DNA from: a virus
Taxonomy: Duplodnaviria; Caudoviricetes
Strand: one strand, 5' to 3'
Virus record (IMG/VR): IMGVR_UViG_3300034064_000176
Coordinates: 1 to 58,639 of that record
DNA: 58,639 bases
The notes under the pieces were generated by a model that saw nothing but the letters and a program-made list of their open reading frames with translations, did not search any database and was not told where the DNA came from. Below, piece after piece: positions 51,818 through 58,639 of this stretch (its first letter is position 1; the number at the start of each line of letters is the position of its first letter). The position numbers and the translations under genes are program-made.

Positions 51818-51987
51818 GTATGCAAACCGACTGGGAGGCCTTTGCAAAGCTCCAGGGGCTCAATCCCAAATCCAAGGGGCACTTTTACATGGCCTTTATC
51901 GCAGGCTGGAAGGCCGGTATGAACGACGCAAAAAAGACAGTGAAGGAGGGCGAAGAATGGAAGCTGCTGGACAACGATCAAGCATGA
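51814..51987 (+). CDS. Hypothetical protein
   Basis: AFIAGW.AG; ATGA overlaps. Confidence 0.55.
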   Translation: MSMQTDWEAFAKLQGLNPKSKGHFYMAFIAGWKAGMNDAKKTVKEGEEWKLLDNDQA

Positions 51988-52436
51988 GCAACCTACAACA
52001 AGCAGCGCATCGAGCAGTAGAGGTCATGAATGCTCACATGATGAGAGCCGACACAGATGAGTTTTACGAAGCCAAGGAAGCTTTGCGCAAAGCACTTGTC
52101 GATGCCGACGACACATCGCAAGAACGTGTCGATGAAAAGGCAAAACGTGAACAAGAGCCGGTGGCGTGGATGCACACAACTGGAACAGGCCATAGGTACT
52201 TCCGCAAAAAGCCACAGGACAAGGTTTTCAATCCACAGCCTGTGTTCACAGCGCCACAGAAGAAGCCTTGGGTTGAGCTAACTGATGAAGAAATTTATGC
52301 AACTTACGATGAGGCCGTAAGTCTTGTAAATGCTACTTGGGACAATGGCTTTGGCACGGTTGGCTTGATGTTTCCCATCGCGTTTTACGAATTGCTTGAA
52401 GCCAAGCTAAAGGAAAAGAACCATGGACAACCATGA
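51984..52436 (+). CDS. Mosaic small-module protein (QEPVAW..W..LTD.EI..EAKLKEKN)
   Basis: Shares exact DNA blocks with 55808-56206. Confidence 0.65.
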   Translation: MSNLQQAAHRAVEVMNAHMMRADTDEFYEAKEALRKALVDADDTSQERVDEKAKREQEPVAWMHTTGTGHRYFRKKPQDKVFNPQPVFTAPQKKPWVELTDEEIYATYDEAVSLVNATWDNGFGTVGLMFPIAFYELLEAKLKEKNHGQP

Positions 52437-52752
52437 GGTCCTCGCGCTTGCCAAAAAGGCTGGGGTAATGATCTCGGGTCGGCCCGAGTTCGAGGAGTCG
52501 GTCAAGCAGTTTGGCAAGCTAATCATCAAGCGTGTAGCGCCAAGGCCATTAACGCCAACGCAGCTTGCATACCTCGGGGCGCTTGAGGATTGGAAGTCGC
52601 TGCAAGACTTGGCCGACGAGTTCAATTGCACTCCGCAAAACGCCCTGAAGATGATAAGGGCGCTCGAGGGAAGGGGGCTGATCAGCAAGACCTCGCTGTT
52701 CAAGCGGCGCCTGGATCGCGGAGCCTGGGCCTACTACTACCGAAAGAATTAA
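52423..52752 (+). CDS. Winged-HTH protein
   Basis: LTPTQ..L..SL.DLA......QN....I..LE..GLI. Confidence 0.65.
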   Translation: MDNHEVLALAKKAGVMISGRPEFEESVKQFGKLIIKRVAPRPLTPTQLAYLGALEDWKSLQDLADEFNCTPQNALKMIRALEGRGLISKTSLFKRRLDRGAWAYYYRKN

Positions 52753-52989
52753 ATGGACGAGAAGAACATATGGACGCGCAGGCATGAGATCGACAAGGCG
52801 CGGCAAGAAAAGATGAAAGAGGTTATGGCCGAGTACGACCGGAAGGTCTACAACCCAGCAAGAAAGCAATTGGTCGAGGACTGCGAAAAGGAAGGCCATA
52901 CCCAAGGAAAGTTCCACGACAACGGATGGGGCTGGACATGGTGGTGGTGCGGTAAGTGCGGAACATCATTCAACAAGGAGAGATCATGA
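52753..52989 (+). CDS. Zn-ribbon hypothetical protein
   Basis: C...GH..C.KCG. Confidence 0.6.
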   Translation: MDEKNIWTRRHEIDKARQEKMKEVMAEYDRKVYNPARKQLVEDCEKEGHTQGKFHDNGWGWTWWWCGKCGTSFNKERS

Positions 52990-53069
52990 AATCAGACACG
53001 ACGACACTCGTTTTAGGCGGCGCTTTATTCGGCTTGGTGTATGCGGTGCTTGCCTGGGCGATGCTATGA
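52986..53069 (+). CDS. 27-aa single-TM peptide
   Basis: AAGGAG SD; MKSDTTTLVLGGALFGLVYAVLAWAML; ATGA overlaps at both ends. Confidence 0.55.
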   Translation: MKSDTTTLVLGGALFGLVYAVLAWAML

Positions 53070-53287
53070 AGCACATAGCAGGCATTTGCGAATGGCGAGA
53101 CCCGGAAGAGGACCCGCCTCCGCTTGGCTCGAAGATGCTGCTGCTTAACCCGGCAGGCGTTGCCTGCATCGGGACCTGGAGCCGAGTATTTATCGCTTGG
53201 GCGCCGTTGCCCAAGATCCCCCCGAACGTCAAACAAAAACTGGATGGAGCATATGAGAACTTGGGCCAATACACCCGCAATGCGTGA
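53066..53287 (+). CDS. DUF551-like small protein
   Basis: W.....PP.G...LL..G.W...AWAPLP. Confidence 0.6.
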   Translation: MKHIAGICEWRDPEEDPPPLGSKMLLLNPAGVACIGTWSRVFIAWAPLPKIPPNVKQKLDGAYENLGQYTRNA

Positions 53288-53699
53288 CGCCTACCGCGAA
53301 TGGTACGAGAGCACCGGCATCAAGGACCAGACCCTTGCGAACTGCTGGCAGGCAGCCTGGAATGCAGCACTCAAAAAGCGTGTGCCAAGCAGGCAGCGGG
53401 ACCTTTTCGGCGTATCGTCCCTAGCCTTCGCAAGATCAACTGATCCCGACACGAGCCACGACGCTGCCAAGTCCTTTGATCCGAATGCAATGGAGTCCAA
53501 GGTCCTCCAGGTTATCCAGTCCTACGGCCAGGATGGCTGCATCAAGGACCAGATCCTTCAGCACTTCCCTGCCGACGCCGCTCCGACCGTTACGCCGCGC
53601 ATAGCGCCGCTTATGCGCAAGGGTTGGATTGAAGATACCGGAGAGCGGAGAAAAGGCCATAGCGGCCGCAATCAGCGCGTACACAGGGCTATCCGATGA
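53253..53699 (+). CDS. HTH-containing protein
   Basis: AR.TDP.TSH.AA..TPR...L...G.I.DTG.RR....GR.Q.V. Confidence 0.7.
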   Translation: MRTWANTPAMRDAYREWYESTGIKDQTLANCWQAAWNAALKKRVPSRQRDLFGVSSLAFARSTDPDTSHDAAKSFDPNAMESKVLQVIQSYGQDGCIKDQILQHFPADAAPTVTPRIAPLMRKGWIEDTGERRKGHSGRNQRVHRAIR

Positions 53700-54031
53700 C
53701 CAACAATGAGAAGCAGTGGCTCAACGACCTATCGGAGATCGGCTGCATTCTCTGCGCGTACTTGGGCACACCAGGGACCCCGGCCGAGATCCATCACCCC
53801 CGGTCAGGGGTTGGCATGGGCAAGAAGGCCACGCACTACGAGGCTATCCCTTTGTGCCCGGAGCACCATAGGGGGAAGACGGGCGTTCACGGCCTGGGGA
53901 CCAAGGGATTTCCCAAGCATTACGGGATCACGGAGCAGGACTTGCAAGCCAAGGCAGCGCTTATGGTCGGCACTCTTCGGGCGCAACGTACCGTTCGTCG
54001 GCTGGATAAAGAAAGTAAGCCAGGAGGATAA
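53696..54031 (+). CDS. Ref-like (RecA-dependent HNH) nuclease
   Basis: GCI.C..PAEIHH.R.G.GMG..IPLCPEHH..GVH. Confidence 0.8.
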   Translation: MTNNEKQWLNDLSEIGCILCAYLGTPGTPAEIHHPRSGVGMGKKATHYEAIPLCPEHHRGKTGVHGLGTKGFPKHYGITEQDLQAKAALMVGTLRAQRTVRRLDKESKPGG

Positions 54032-54053
54032 AAAACTGTGCTGTAATCCTATC

Positions 54054-54088
54054 CACAGCAAGTCGCTGTGAGAAACAGGAGAAACCAA
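54054..54088 (+). promoter_or_regulatory. Conserved hairpin/AGAAA leader
   Basis: CACAGC-AAGTC-GCTGTG-AGAAACAGGAGAAA after TGTAAT. Confidence 0.65.
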
Positions 54089-54472
54089 ATGGCAACCTTC
54101 AAAGCAAACGAAATCAGTTTTCACCCAACTTCATACGTCGTGGTCATCGGTCGCGATCCAGAATTAGCGGATTACTCAAATCCCCGTGGTGAGCGTTACG
54201 GTTTTGCTTGGTATGTGCGTGCTGCTAACGAGTTCGGCGATACCCGTGAGTTGCATGTAGTTACCACCGCATACGAGAGGGAAGGCGAGGATAAGGTCGA
54301 AAAGCTTGCTGCTGCATTAACAAATCGCGCACGCGGCGGTAAATTGCCGGTTGGTTTTGATAATTGGTCAACAGGCCGTCCCGTTTATGGATCTGAAGCT
54401 TATGAGTCTTATGGACGGTCAGACGATCTGGCAATGGAGGCTCGTGAGTTGGCCGACGAGGCCTGGGCTTAA
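54089..54472 (+). CDS. Hypothetical early protein
   Basis: AGGAG SD; W...RP.YGS.AY. Confidence 0.7.
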   Translation: MATFKANEISFHPTSYVVVIGRDPELADYSNPRGERYGFAWYVRAANEFGDTRELHVVTTAYEREGEDKVEKLAAALTNRARGGKLPVGFDNWSTGRPVYGSEAYESYGRSDDLAMEARELADEAWA

Positions 54473-54479
54473 AGCTACC

Positions 54480-54493
54480 GGGGCTTCGGCCCC
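54480..54493 (+). terminator. cUUCGg hairpin/terminator
   Basis: GGGGC-TTCG-GCCCC then TTGTT. Confidence 0.6.
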
Positions 54494-54496
54494 TTG

Positions 54497-54562
54497 TTGA
54501 CAAGTGGATAAAAAGCAGTTCTAATACGCATACGGCACTTCCGCCGTGAGAAACAGGAGAAA
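54497..54562 (+). promoter_or_regulatory. Sigma70 promoter with conserved leader
   Basis: TTGACA-17-TCTAAT; TACGGC-ACTTCC-GCCGTG-AGAAACAGGAGAAA. Confidence 0.8.
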
Positions 54563-54943
54563 ATGATGCAAACAGCAAGCCTTGTAAACAGCCTCTACAG
54601 CCGCATGACAGTCGGTGAGCCAGCGCCCTACGTTGGTATGCCAGCAACCCTGCTTTCCTGGACCGACCGCAACCCATGCACGGTTGTCGAGGTCAACATG
54701 GCCAAGCGCTACATTGTCGTGCAGGACGACGATTACAAGCGCGTTGACTCCAACGGCATGAGCGAGTCGCAGCAATACGAGTACACACAAAACCCCGACA
54801 ACTGCAAGCGGATCTTCCGCAAGATGAAGAACGGCCAGTGGGCCCAGCACTTCATCAACCCCGAGACCAATCGCCTCGTCAAGTCGCAAGGTTGTGGCCT
54901 TCGCCTCGGTGAGCGTGAGAAGTACCACGACTTTTCATTCTGA
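54563..54943 (+). CDS. Conserved early phage protein
   Basis: P.VGM.AT...TDR...T..G.R..Y.D.SF. Confidence 0.75.
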   Translation: MMQTASLVNSLYSRMTVGEPAPYVGMPATLLSWTDRNPCTVVEVNMAKRYIVVQDDDYKRVDSNGMSESQQYEYTQNPDNCKRIFRKMKNGQWAQHFINPETNRLVKSQGCGLRLGEREKYHDFSF

Positions 54944-54948
54944 TTGCC

Positions 54949-55152
54949 ATGATGATCTACTGCGACTACATTGCCGCGCTTGTTCTGGAGTCCCTGGAAA
55001 GGGACCCGAACGGGCTCATGAAGGACCCTTCCGGTATCGAGTTGGACCTCACGCCGGAGGGTGCATACCTAAGTTCTAAGAAGATCGTCCGTGTCCAGGG
55101 TGAGAATGGCCGCAAGTACAAAATCACCGTGGAGATCGACGATGGACGATAA
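54949..55152 (+). CDS. Hypothetical protein
   Basis: 67 aa; NG.KY.ITVE. Confidence 0.6.
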   Translation: MMIYCDYIAALVLESLERDPNGLMKDPSGIELDLTPEGAYLSSKKIVRVQGENGRKYKITVEIDDGR

Positions 55153-55360
55153 AAGACTGCGCCTTCTAGCCTCGGAAGCAGGCCTTAAAGACACGATCGA
55201 GGACGTGGCATACATCGCCTACCTGAAGGACCTCGATCGGTTTGCAAACCTGCTGCTGAGCATGGAAAGGGACTCGGTATGCAGGATTATCGACACGGCA
55301 CAGATCCCGAAAACGGAAGCTGAGCGTATTAAAAAAATGATCAAGGAGCGCCATGTATGA
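55142..55360 (+). CDS. Hypothetical protein (A.EAG..L.RFA.L...ER family)
   Basis: GGAG SD; related to 56412-56618. Confidence 0.6.
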   Translation: MDDKRLRLLASEAGLKDTIEDVAYIAYLKDLDRFANLLLSMERDSVCRIIDTAQIPKTEAERIKKMIKERHV

Positions 55361-55605
55361 GCGGCGACCACAACATGCACCAAAAGCCAAAGTCGTACCT
55401 GGAAAGCACAGGCCTGATGGACAAGATCAAGGAGGGCGACGCTCGGACCTGGGCCTCGCTTGCAACCATTATCAACCGGCAGAAAGTGGCCCAGTGGATG
55501 ATCGATCGCGGCTATACGACCGGCCGTGGCGACACGATCGAGGACCTGTTGAGAGAGTTGGACTGGCAGATTGAAGAACGTATTAAAAACGCGAGGGGAA
55601 AATAA
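55357..55605 (+). CDS. Hypothetical protein
   Basis: WM...GY.TG.GDT.EDLL.EL. Confidence 0.65.
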   Translation: MSGDHNMHQKPKSYLESTGLMDKIKEGDARTWASLATIINRQKVAQWMIDRGYTTGRGDTIEDLLRELDWQIEERIKNARGK

Positions 55606-55773
55606 ATGGAAGGCATGCTTGGATTTGCACTTACAGCTTGGGTAATCCTGGCTTGGTTAACGCACGTCATTGTCTCGATACAGGGCGCCAAGTGGCTGCT
55701 GCTGATTGCTGGGGCGATCGTATTCCCGGTGGGCTGCGTCCACGGCACGGGCATTTGGTTCGGGGTGTTTTGA
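55606..55773 (+). CDS. Small two-TM membrane protein, 55 aa; not in the ORF track
   Basis: GAGGGG SD; MEGMLGFALTAWVILAWLTHV..GAIVFPVG.VHG.G.WFG.F. Confidence 0.7.
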   Translation: MEGMLGFALTAWVILAWLTHVIVSIQGAKWLLLIAGAIVFPVGCVHGTGIWFGVF

Positions 55774-55807
55774 TGGACCGCAAAGACGTTATCAAACTGG
55801 AGAACAC

Positions 55808-56206
55808 ATGAGCGATTCATACGATGATTACGAGGCAAAAATTCAACTTGCAGAACACGCATGGGAAAAACGTGTCGTTAAAACTGAACACAACAAACAA
55901 ATCGAGATTGCACAGGCTTATCAGCGAGGATGGAATGCAGCATTAGCGCAACAAGAGCCGGTGGCGTGGATTACCAATGGGGGCAAGGGGGAACTTTGGT
56001 GGCATCGCTCATCAAAGTTCGATGAAGAAGGCAACCTGATCGGCCCCAATCCAGATGACATACCCCTCTACACCACACCGCCAAAGCGTGAATGGGTTGG
56101 GCTGACGGATGATGAGATTGAAGAGATACAGAAAAGCCTTGGTATAGCAATCCATTGGTCAGATTTTCGTGCCATTGAAGCCAAGCTAAAGGAAAAAAAC
56201 ACATGA
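55808..56206 (+). CDS. Mosaic small-module protein (QEPVAW..WVGLTD.EI..EAKLKEKN)
   Basis: GGAG SD before MSDSY. Confidence 0.65.
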   Translation: MSDSYDDYEAKIQLAEHAWEKRVVKTEHNKQIEIAQAYQRGWNAALAQQEPVAWITNGGKGELWWHRSSKFDEEGNLIGPNPDDIPLYTTPPKREWVGLTDDEIEEIQKSLGIAIHWSDFRAIEAKLKEKNT

Positions 56207-56234
56207 ACAAACAACCCGAAGCCTTGCGACTAGC

Positions 56235-56379
56235 GGAAGGTGCTCGTCAGGTCAATCGGAGCATTGAACACTACAACCTCGACGCCATCCTGTCGAACTA
56301 TTAGGAATTGCCTAATAGTTGCCTCAGGTTGGATTTCGCCCTCGGCATATAGCCGTTTCAGGTGCTCGTTGATGGCCGA
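56235..56379. pseudogene. rhuM: Rearranged fragment of a bacterial rhuM-family gene
   Basis: Minus strand encodes AINEHLKRLYAEGEIQPEATIRQFLIVRQ, plus strand EGARQVNRSIEHYNLDAIL; as recalled these are consecutive RhuM segments. Confidence 0.75.
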
Positions 56380-56411
56380 GCTTATTGAGCAAGCCTTGAA
56401 GGAGAAGAATC

Positions 56412-56618
56412 ATGAACAGAGAAGACATCATCCGCATGGCGCGGGAGGCTGGATTGGCTTACGGGCCTGACGAAAAGCCATTAGGTTCTGTAACACGCTT
56501 CGCCGCCCTTGTCGCTGCTGCCGAGCGTGAGGCGTGTGCGAAGGTGTGTGATGGCATGGATCGCAACGGGGTGATGATTGCCGCAGACTGCGCCGCCGCC
56601 ATACGAGCAAGGGGGTAG
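56412..56618 (+). CDS. Small conserved phage protein
   Basis: MNREDIIRMAREAG..RFAALVAAAEREACAK.C..AAAIRARG. Confidence 0.8.
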   Translation: MNREDIIRMAREAGLAYGPDEKPLGSVTRFAALVAAAEREACAKVCDGMDRNGVMIAADCAAAIRARG

Positions 56619-56620
56619 GC

Positions 56621-56803
56621 ATGATCTGCCCTTACTGCCGAACTCCAAAGGGTCAGGGGTACAAGACCAAGATCCTCGAGACCCGAACATTCTGGAACCC
56701 CGAAAGGCATTATTACTTCGTAGAGCGCCGACACAAATGCAAGCACTGCGAAGAGGAATTCTGGACCGAAGAACGATCACCAAGGATAAAGGAGCAAACA
56801 TGA
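56621..56803 (+). CDS. NrdR-like Zn-ribbon protein
   Basis: CPYC..T.ILETR..RR.KC..C...F.T.E. Confidence 0.7.
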   Translation: MICPYCRTPKGQGYKTKILETRTFWNPERHYYFVERRHKCKHCEEEFWTEERSPRIKEQT

Positions 56804-57024
56804 ACCAAGACCTGAGGAACCAAATCATCGATGACCTAAAAGGCAAGGCCATCAAGGGCAAGCAGTACGCCTTCAACATCGACAAGCTAACCGCCTATGT
56901 CCAGCAACTACTCGACGAGGAGCGGGAGCTTTGCGCAACCCTGGCCGAGCCGGTGGGCATGTTCGGCGTGTCGGACCTGATCAGGATGAGGATGTACAAG
57001 CAGCCCGAAGCGGAGGTACAATAG
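56800..57024 (+). CDS. Hypothetical protein
   Basis: AAGGAG SD before MNQDLRN; ERE.CA motif. Confidence 0.6.
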   Translation: MNQDLRNQIIDDLKGKAIKGKQYAFNIDKLTAYVQQLLDEERELCATLAEPVGMFGVSDLIRMRMYKQPEAEVQ

Positions 57025-57074
57025 GGGCGTTTTCTGTGTGTCTCCTGGTTGTGGGTCCTTCCCCTCACGACGTT

Positions 57075-57099
57075 AACCCCTTCCACAGGGGTTTTTTTT
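57075..57099 (+). terminator. Intrinsic terminator before terS
   Basis: AACCCCT-TCCAC-AGGGGTT plus T6. Confidence 0.8.
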
Positions 57100-57144
57100 C
57101 GTGTATCCTATAGATAAGTGCTTGATTTTTGAAGGAAAATCAGA

Positions 57145-57588
57145 ATGCCAGCAGGAAGACCGACCGACTACGACCCCAAATATTGCGAACTGGTTATTGA
57201 GATGGGCCGCCAAGGTAAGAGCAAGGCCCAGATCGCCGCGACCATAGGGGTGACGAGGAAGACTATGTGGACTTGGTGCTCCGTCCACGAAGAATTTCTA
57301 AACGCCATAGAGTATGCAGAGGAACTGGCCCTCCAATGGTGGGAGGACATAGCCCAGGATCACTTGAAGCAGACCAAGGATGGCGTGACCCTGAACACCT
57401 CGCTCTGGTCCCGCTCGATGGCCGCAAGATTCCCCAAGGACTACACCGACCGGACTAAGCACGAGATCACCGGCAAGGATGAAGGCCCCGTACAAGTGGA
57501 CATGGTGATGGACGTCGCACAATCCCTGATCGATGAATTGACCGGCATCCGCCAGAATGCTGACAGCAAGTCAAAGCAAGCGGATTGA
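57145..57588 (+). CDS. terS: Terminase small subunit
   Basis: GRPT.Y.P.YC..G.S...IA..IGV...T...W...H.EF; HEITGKD.GP; overlaps the terL start. Confidence 0.88.
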   Translation: MPAGRPTDYDPKYCELVIEMGRQGKSKAQIAATIGVTRKTMWTWCSVHEEFLNAIEYAEELALQWWEDIAQDHLKQTKDGVTLNTSLWSRSMAARFPKDYTDRTKHEITGKDEGPVQVDMVMDVAQSLIDELTGIRQNADSKSKQAD

Positions 57589-58639
57589 AGCCAAGCTTGC
57601 CCTGCACCAGGAGGCGCTGAAGAAGCTACCCCCGGAAGCAGCGGCAGCCTTCAGGGCCCGGATGAAATGGCTCATGAGGGCACACAAGCACCAGATCCCG
57701 CCCAAGGGCAATTGGTGGACGGTATGGCTCCTACTTGCAGGTAGGGGCGCAGGCAAGACCAGGACAGCCGCCGAGGACGTATGGCATACAGCCTGGACGA
57801 CGCCCAACATCCGCATCTTGATCTCGGGCCCGACCTCGGCCGACATCCGCGACACGATGATCGAAGGCGAGTCAGGCCTGCTTAACTGCATGCCGGAGGA
57901 GATCCGGGTCAAGTACACCAGGAGCCTGCACGAGATCGTCCTTACGAACGGCTCCCTGATCAAGGGCATACCGGCCTCGGAGCCTGAGCGCTTCCGGGGT
58001 CCGCAATGGCACCATGCTTGGTGCGACGAGTTGGCAGCCTGGGAATACCTCGATGCAGCCTGGGACCAGATCATGTTCTCGGTCCGCCTGGGTGATAAGC
58101 CGCGGATCGTCGTAACCACCACGCCCAAACCCAAGCCGCTGATCATCGACCTGCTGAACCGAGACGGTGAGGACGTCGTCGTCACGCAGGCTTCGACCTA
58201 CGACAACCTTGCCAACCTTGCCGGGACGTTCAAACAGCAGATCTTGCAGTACGAGGGCACCTCCCTGGGCCGCCAAGAGATCCACGCCGAGATCATCGAC
58301 CCTGAAGAGGCTGGGATCATCAAACGCGCCTGGATCAAGCTATGGCCGTCAGATAAGCCCTTCCCGCGCTTTGAGTTCGTGGTCCAGTCCTACGACGGCG
58401 CCTACACCGAAAAGACCATCAACGACCCCTCAGCCTGTAGCGTATGGGGGATCTTCAAGCCCAGCGAAGACAAAGGCTTTTGCGCCATGCTGATCGATTG
58501 CTGGGAAGAGCACTTGCAATATCCTGACCTGAAGGAGAAGGTAATTGAAGACTTCGGCACGGTTTATGGCGACCCCAATGAATTCGGACAGGGCAAGAAG
58601 ACTGACATGGTTCTGGTTGAAGACAAGTCCTCCGGCATC
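57557..58639 (+). CDS. terL: Terminase large subunit, true 5' end, truncated by the window edge
   Basis: ATG 57557 MLTASQSKRIEAKL.. in frame with the copy at 1-1413. Confidence 0.92.
   Translation, partial: MLTASQSKRIEAKLALHQEALKKLPPEAAAAFRARMKWLMRAHKHQIPPKGNWWTVWLLLAGRGAGKTRTAAEDVWHTAWTTPNIRILISGPTSADIRDTMIEGESGLLNCMPEEIRVKYTRSLHEIVLTNGSLIKGIPASEPERFRGPQWHHAWCDELAAWEYLDAAWDQIMFSVRLGDKPRIVVTTTPKPKPLIIDLLNRDGEDVVVTQASTYDNLANLAGTFKQQILQYEGTSLGRQEIHAEIIDPEEAGIIKRAWIKLWPSDKPFPRFEFVVQSYDGAYTEKTINDPSACSVWGIFKPSEDKGFCAMLIDCWEEHLQYPDLKEKVIEDFGTVYGDPNEFGQGKKTDMVLVEDKSSGI
57578..58639. repeat. Terminal direct repeat, right copy
   Basis: Matches 1-1062. Confidence 0.97.

Overview
Essentially a complete ~57.6 kb dsDNA tailed-phage genome with a 1062 bp, ~97%-identical terminal redundancy that cuts through terL. 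It looks podovirus-like: nozzle and ejection-type proteins are present and no tail tube, sheath or true tape measure was recognised. The gene content resembles aquatic proteobacterial phages. Plus strand 1-42372 is the late operon: terL, two giant multi-module proteins, portal, GroES, scaffold, capsid, adaptors, LamG/SPRY fibres, lysis genes, nozzle, ejection proteins and an SLT. Minus strand 42356-48373 is an early/accessory arm (glycosyltransferase, PD-(D/E)XK nuclease, SSB-like protein). Plus strand 48744-57588 holds a Cro-like regulator, DUF1376 initiator, helicase, RusA, Ref, many small ORFs and terS. No integrase, DNA polymerase, canonical tRNA or CRISPR array was recognised. The best candidate novel system is a short [YFMLK]-[AKR]-x-G-G-x-[VI] peptide tag (~26 copies). 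It brackets the effector-like modules of the two giant proteins, fills a small basic protein, and precedes a tape-measure-type 'GEYV' domain in an ejection protein, suggesting a tag-and-reader system for processing or loading virion cargo. Other highlights are an antisense hammerhead ribozyme with a structured RNA, an internally inverted host rhuM fragment, a four-copy promoter/leader cassette and a pseudoknot-like RNA before the initiator. All family calls are by-eye motif recognition, not database searches.
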